Shown here: one piece after another, positions 17,034-20,000 of the stretch
Numbering within the stretch: position 1 is the stretch's first letter
Layout of the letters: the number at the start of each line of letters is the position of its first letter
Virus record (IMG/VR): IMGVR_UViG_3300044712_002681
Span: 51,157-71,156 of that record
DNA length: 20,000 nucleotides
Reading direction: 5' to 3' (one strand)
Origin: an uncultured virus (IMG/VR IMGVR_UViG_3300044712_002681)
Lineage: Duplodnaviria > Heunggongvirae > Uroviricota > Caudoviricetes
The notes under the pieces: generated by a model
Databases searched by the model: none
What the model saw: only the letters and a program-made list of their open reading frames with translations
Told to the model about the DNA's origin: nothing
Translations under genes and position numbers: made by a program

Positions 17034-20000
17034 ATGAGTGGTCAAACTTTTTATAATCCAGTTGAATATGGTTATGAAATTGAATCTAGGATAGTACCAG
17101 AATATAATAATGCTAATCCTAGACAAATTTATGCTATGTTGGAAGATTATTATCTACATGGTGGGTTTAGGGTTTGTGACACTATTCAAGGTGTATTACC
17201 ATTTCCAGAAGAATATGAAATAGATATACCAATACCAAATTATAGAAATTATATCACATTTGACAAAAGAAAGTTGGGTATGATTGTCTATACTTTAGAT
17301 GATGGTAAATTTTGGCAATTAATAAATAATCCAAGCGAATCTTTCCCACCATATTTTGATCGTAATGATAGAACATTAACAACAAATTTTGATTGGATTG
17401 AATTGAATTTTTTTAATTCCTTTGAATCAATAAATTATGATAATAGTACAGGTGAATTAATTTTATCATTTAGTAAAACATATAATTCGGGTGCAACATA
17501 TGAATATAGTGGTAATACTATAACTGAAATAATAACAGGTTTAACATATTTAAATAATAAATTAAGTGGGTTAACTGATGTTAATACTTCTGAATCAGAA
17601 AATTATCAATTTTTAATTTATTATAATGGATTTTGGGTAAATTCTGGTGTATCATTTACATCTGGAACATCAGGAAATGATGGATCATCTGGTACTTCTG
17701 GTGTTGATGGTATATTTTTCGGTAGTTCGGGAAGTTCAGGTACATCAGGAACAAATGGTACATCAGGAACAAATGGTACATCAGGAACAAATGGTACATC
17801 AGGAAGTTCAGGATCATCAGGAAAATCAGGAACAAATGGTACATCAGGAAGTTCAGGATCATCAGGAAGTTCAGGAACAAATGGTACATCAGGTAGTTCA
17901 GGATCATCAGGAAAATCAGGAACAAATGGTACATCAGGTAGTTCAGGATCATCAGGAAAATCAGGAACAAATGGTACATCAGGTAGTTCAGGATCATCAG
18001 GAAAATCAGGAACAAATGGTACATCAGGTAGTTCAGGAACAAATGGTACTGATGGTGAATCAGGATTATTTGGTGGTGATAGTCAACCATATAAATTTTC
18101 TTCTAATATATCATATGATGATCCTACTAGTTGTTATTTAAGTTTTAATAACGAAAATTATGATGATATAACTAAAATTTGTGTTAGTATTGAAAATAAT
18201 GATAATGTTGAAATTGGTGTATGGTTATATAGTTTAACTGCCAATGGTATGTCTAGATTTAGAATTTTTGATAGAAATAATTCTACAAATTTTATAATAT
18301 TTAATATAGATAATAGTGTTGATAATGGAACGTGGTTTTCTTTTGATGTAACAGTAATAACATATAATAATAATTTTAATTTAAATGATAATATTGTTTT
18401 AACATATACAGATTCTGGTGATGGTACATCTGGAACATCAGGTTCATCTGGTGTGGATGGAAATTTTTATGGATCATCAGGAACATCAGGTACGAATGGA
18501 ACATCAGGTACGAATGGAACATCAGGTACGAATGGAACATCAGGTACGAATGGAACATCAGGTACGAATGGAACATCAGGTACGAATGGAACATCAGGTA
18601 CGAATGGAACATCAGGCACGAATGGAACATCAGGTACGAATGGAACATCAGGTACGAATGGAACATCAGGTACGAATGGAACATCAGGTACGAATGGAAC
18701 ATCAGGAACATCAGGCACGAATGGTTCGAACGGTAGTTCGGGAAGTTCTGGTACTTCAGGTGTAGATGGAAATTTTTATGGGTCATCAGGTAGTTCTGGT
18801 AGTTCGGGAACGAATGGTACGTCGGGTAATTCTGGTAGTTCTGGTAGTTCTGGTAGTTCAGGTACATCAGGTATTGGTACATCAGGAAGTTCGGGTACGT
18901 CGGGTACACAAGGATTATTTGGTGGTGATAGTCAACCATATAAATTTTCAACAGATATTATACCATATTTTGGTTATTTAACATATAATAATATTAATCC
19001 TGAATTTGTAACTAATATAAATATTAATACCAACAATATAGATAATGTAAATATTGGACCATGGCTATTAAATATTTTAGATAATGGGGTATCTAGATTT
19101 AAAATTTTTGATAGGATAAATTCTACAAATTTTGCAGTATTTATAATAAATAGTAAAGTTGATAATGGTGATTATTTTTCATTTAGTGTAATTAATGTTA
19201 CATGGAATAATCTTTTTAATATAAATGATAATATAGTTTTAACATATATTCCTGGTATAAACGGTACATCTGGCACATCTGGCACAAACGGTACATCTGG
19301 CACAAATGGCACATCTGGCACATCTGGCACATCTGGCACAAACGGTACATCTGGCACAAACGGTACATCTGGCACAAACGGTACATCAGGAAGTTCGGGT
19401 ACGTCAGGTAATGGTACATCAGGAAGTTCGGGTACGTCAGGTAATGGTACATCAGGAAGTTCGGGTACGTCAGGTAATGGTACATCAGGAAGTTCAGGTG
19501 TTAATGGTACATCAGGAAGTTCAGGTGTTAATGGTACATCAGGAAGTTCAGGTGTTAATGGTACATCAGGTAGTTCAGGTGTTAATGGTAGTTCAGGCAC
19601 ATCGGGTAGTTCAGGCACATCAGGTTCAGGTACATCAGGTAGTTCAGGCACGAATGGTAGTTCAGGTACATCAGGTAGTTCAGGCACGAATGGTAGTTCA
19701 GGCACATCGGGTAGTTCAGGTACGAATGGTAGTTCAGGTACATCAGGTAGTTCAGGCACATCAGGTAGTTCAGGCACATCAGGTAGTTCAGGTACATCAG
19801 GTAGTTCAGGTACATCAGGTAGTTCAGGTACATCAGGTAGTTCAGGCGTTAATGGTACATCGGGTAGTTCAGGTACGAATGGTAGTTCAGGTACATCAGG
19901 TAGTTCAGGCACGAATGGTAGTTCAGGTACATCAGGTAGTTCAGGCACGAATGGTAGTTCAGGTACATCAGGTAGTTCAGGCACGAATGGTAGTTCAGGT
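17034..20000 (+). CDS. Partial (>988 aa) fibre-like protein: Gly-X-Y (GTS/GTN/GSS) blocks alternating with duplicated ~115-120-aa globular domains
   Basis: Absent from ORF track because no stop in window. Manual translation [24 protein letters not shown]...HGGFRV...[19 protein letters not shown]..., frame stays open to the window end. Confidence 0.85.
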   Translation, partial: MSGQTFYNPVEYGYEIESRIVPEYNNANPRQIYAMLEDYYLHGGFRVCDTIQGVLPFPEEYEIDIPIPNYRNYITFDKRKLGMIVYTLDDGKFWQLINNPSESFPPYFDRNDRTLTTNFDWIELNFFNSFESINYDNSTGELILSFSKTYNSGATYEYSGNTITEIITGLTYLNNKLSGLTDVNTSESENYQFLIYYNGFWVNSGVSFTSGTSGNDGSSGTSGVDGIFFGSSGSSGTSGTNGTSGTNGTSGTNGTSGSSGSSGKSGTNGTSGSSGSSGSSGTNGTSGSSGSSGKSGTNGTSGSSGSSGKSGTNGTSGSSGSSGKSGTNGTSGSSGTNGTDGESGLFGGDSQPYKFSSNISYDDPTSCYLSFNNENYDDITKICVSIENNDNVEIGVWLYSLTANGMSRFRIFDRNNSTNFIIFNIDNSVDNGTWFSFDVTVITYNNNFNLNDNIVLTYTDSGDGTSGTSGSSGVDGNFYGSSGTSGTNGTSGTNGTSGTNGTSGTNGTSGTNGTSGTNGTSGTNGTSGTNGTSGTNGTSGTNGTSGTNGTSGTNGTSGTSGTNGSNGSSGSSGTSGVDGNFYGSSGSSGSSGTNGTSGNSGSSGSSGSSGTSGIGTSGSSGTSGTQGLFGGDSQPYKFSTDIIPYFGYLTYNNINPEFVTNININTNNIDNVNIGPWLLNILDNGVSRFKIFDRINSTNFAVFIINSKVDNGDYFSFSVINVTWNNLFNINDNIVLTYIPGINGTSGTSGTNGTSGTNGTSGTSGTSGTNGTSGTNGTSGTNGTSGSSGTSGNGTSGSSGTSGNGTSGSSGTSGNGTSGSSGVNGTSGSSGVNGTSGSSGVNGTSGSSGVNGSSGTSGSSGTSGSGTSGSSGTNGSSGTSGSSGTNGSSGTSGSSGTNGSSGTSGSSGTSGSSGTSGSSGTSGSSGTSGSSGTSGSSGVNGTSGSSGTNGSSGTSGSSGTNGSSGTSGSSGTNGSSGTSGSSGTNGSSG
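17664..18062 (+). repeat. Gly-X-Y block 1 (18-bp and 45-bp units)
   Basis: ggaacaaatggtacatca units and a 45-bp [15 protein letters not shown] unit. Confidence 0.9.
18423..18911 (+). repeat. Gly-X-Y block 2 including 12 x 18-bp array (18480-18695)
   Basis: ggaacatcaggtacgaat x12, one copy with a ggc variant. Confidence 0.9.
19254..20000 (+). repeat. Gly-X-Y block 3 (mixed short units), runs off window
   Basis: ggcacaaacggtacatct, ggtacatcaggaagttcaggtgttaat and ggtagttcaggtacatca units. Confidence 0.9.

Noticed and set aside
12744..17126. Short minus-strand ORFs 12744..12974, 13897..14124, 15024..15209, 15222..15443, 16914..17126
   Set aside because: Lie opposite longer, better supported genes.
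18480..18695. Possible CRISPR array
   Set aside because: Contiguous 18-bp in-frame coding repeats with no unique spacers; no cas genes (TnpB is a transposon protein).
18063..19253. Diversity-generating retroelement template/variable repeat pair
   Set aside because: The two similar segments are in-frame domain duplicates diverged at all base types with indels; no reverse transcriptase in the window.
17647..19984. Repetitive ORFs in the track (MVHQEQ, MEHQVR, PDVPEL, LMYHLF types)
   Set aside because: Alternative-frame or antisense shadows of the Gly-X-Y repeats inside the ORF starting at 17034; they are largely confined to the repeats.
1..20000. Stop-codon reassignment as seen in some large phages
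   Set aside because: Long ORFs are intact and densely packed in the standard code; TGA terminates several coupled genes.

Overview
Very AT-rich, gene-dense segment with no visible Shine-Dalgarno motifs, best read as part of a large tailed (jumbo-type) phage genome in standard genetic code. It contains a partial Zn-ribbon/homing-endonuclease-like gene, a RuvC-like resolvase, many small hypothetical genes and a solo tnpB (IS200/IS605-type) inserted at the extreme 3' end of a 1401-aa probable baseplate/virion gene. It also has an operon with a Cys/His protein, two ADP-ribosyltransferase-like proteins and a minimal kinase, and a virion/fibre module ending in a >988-aa Gly-X-Y protein that the ORF track missed. 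The main unexplained patterns are (1) unrelated proteins sharing an N-terminal M-x-x-[LF]-K-x-F-E tag resembling the T4 capsid-targeting sequence, three also ending in AKKYN[IV], suggesting packaged, injected cargo including host-modifying enzymes, and (2) a strongly enriched [ST]-G-x-T tetrapeptide almost confined to putative virion proteins, a candidate modification sequon. All calls come from motif reading by eye; no searches were run.
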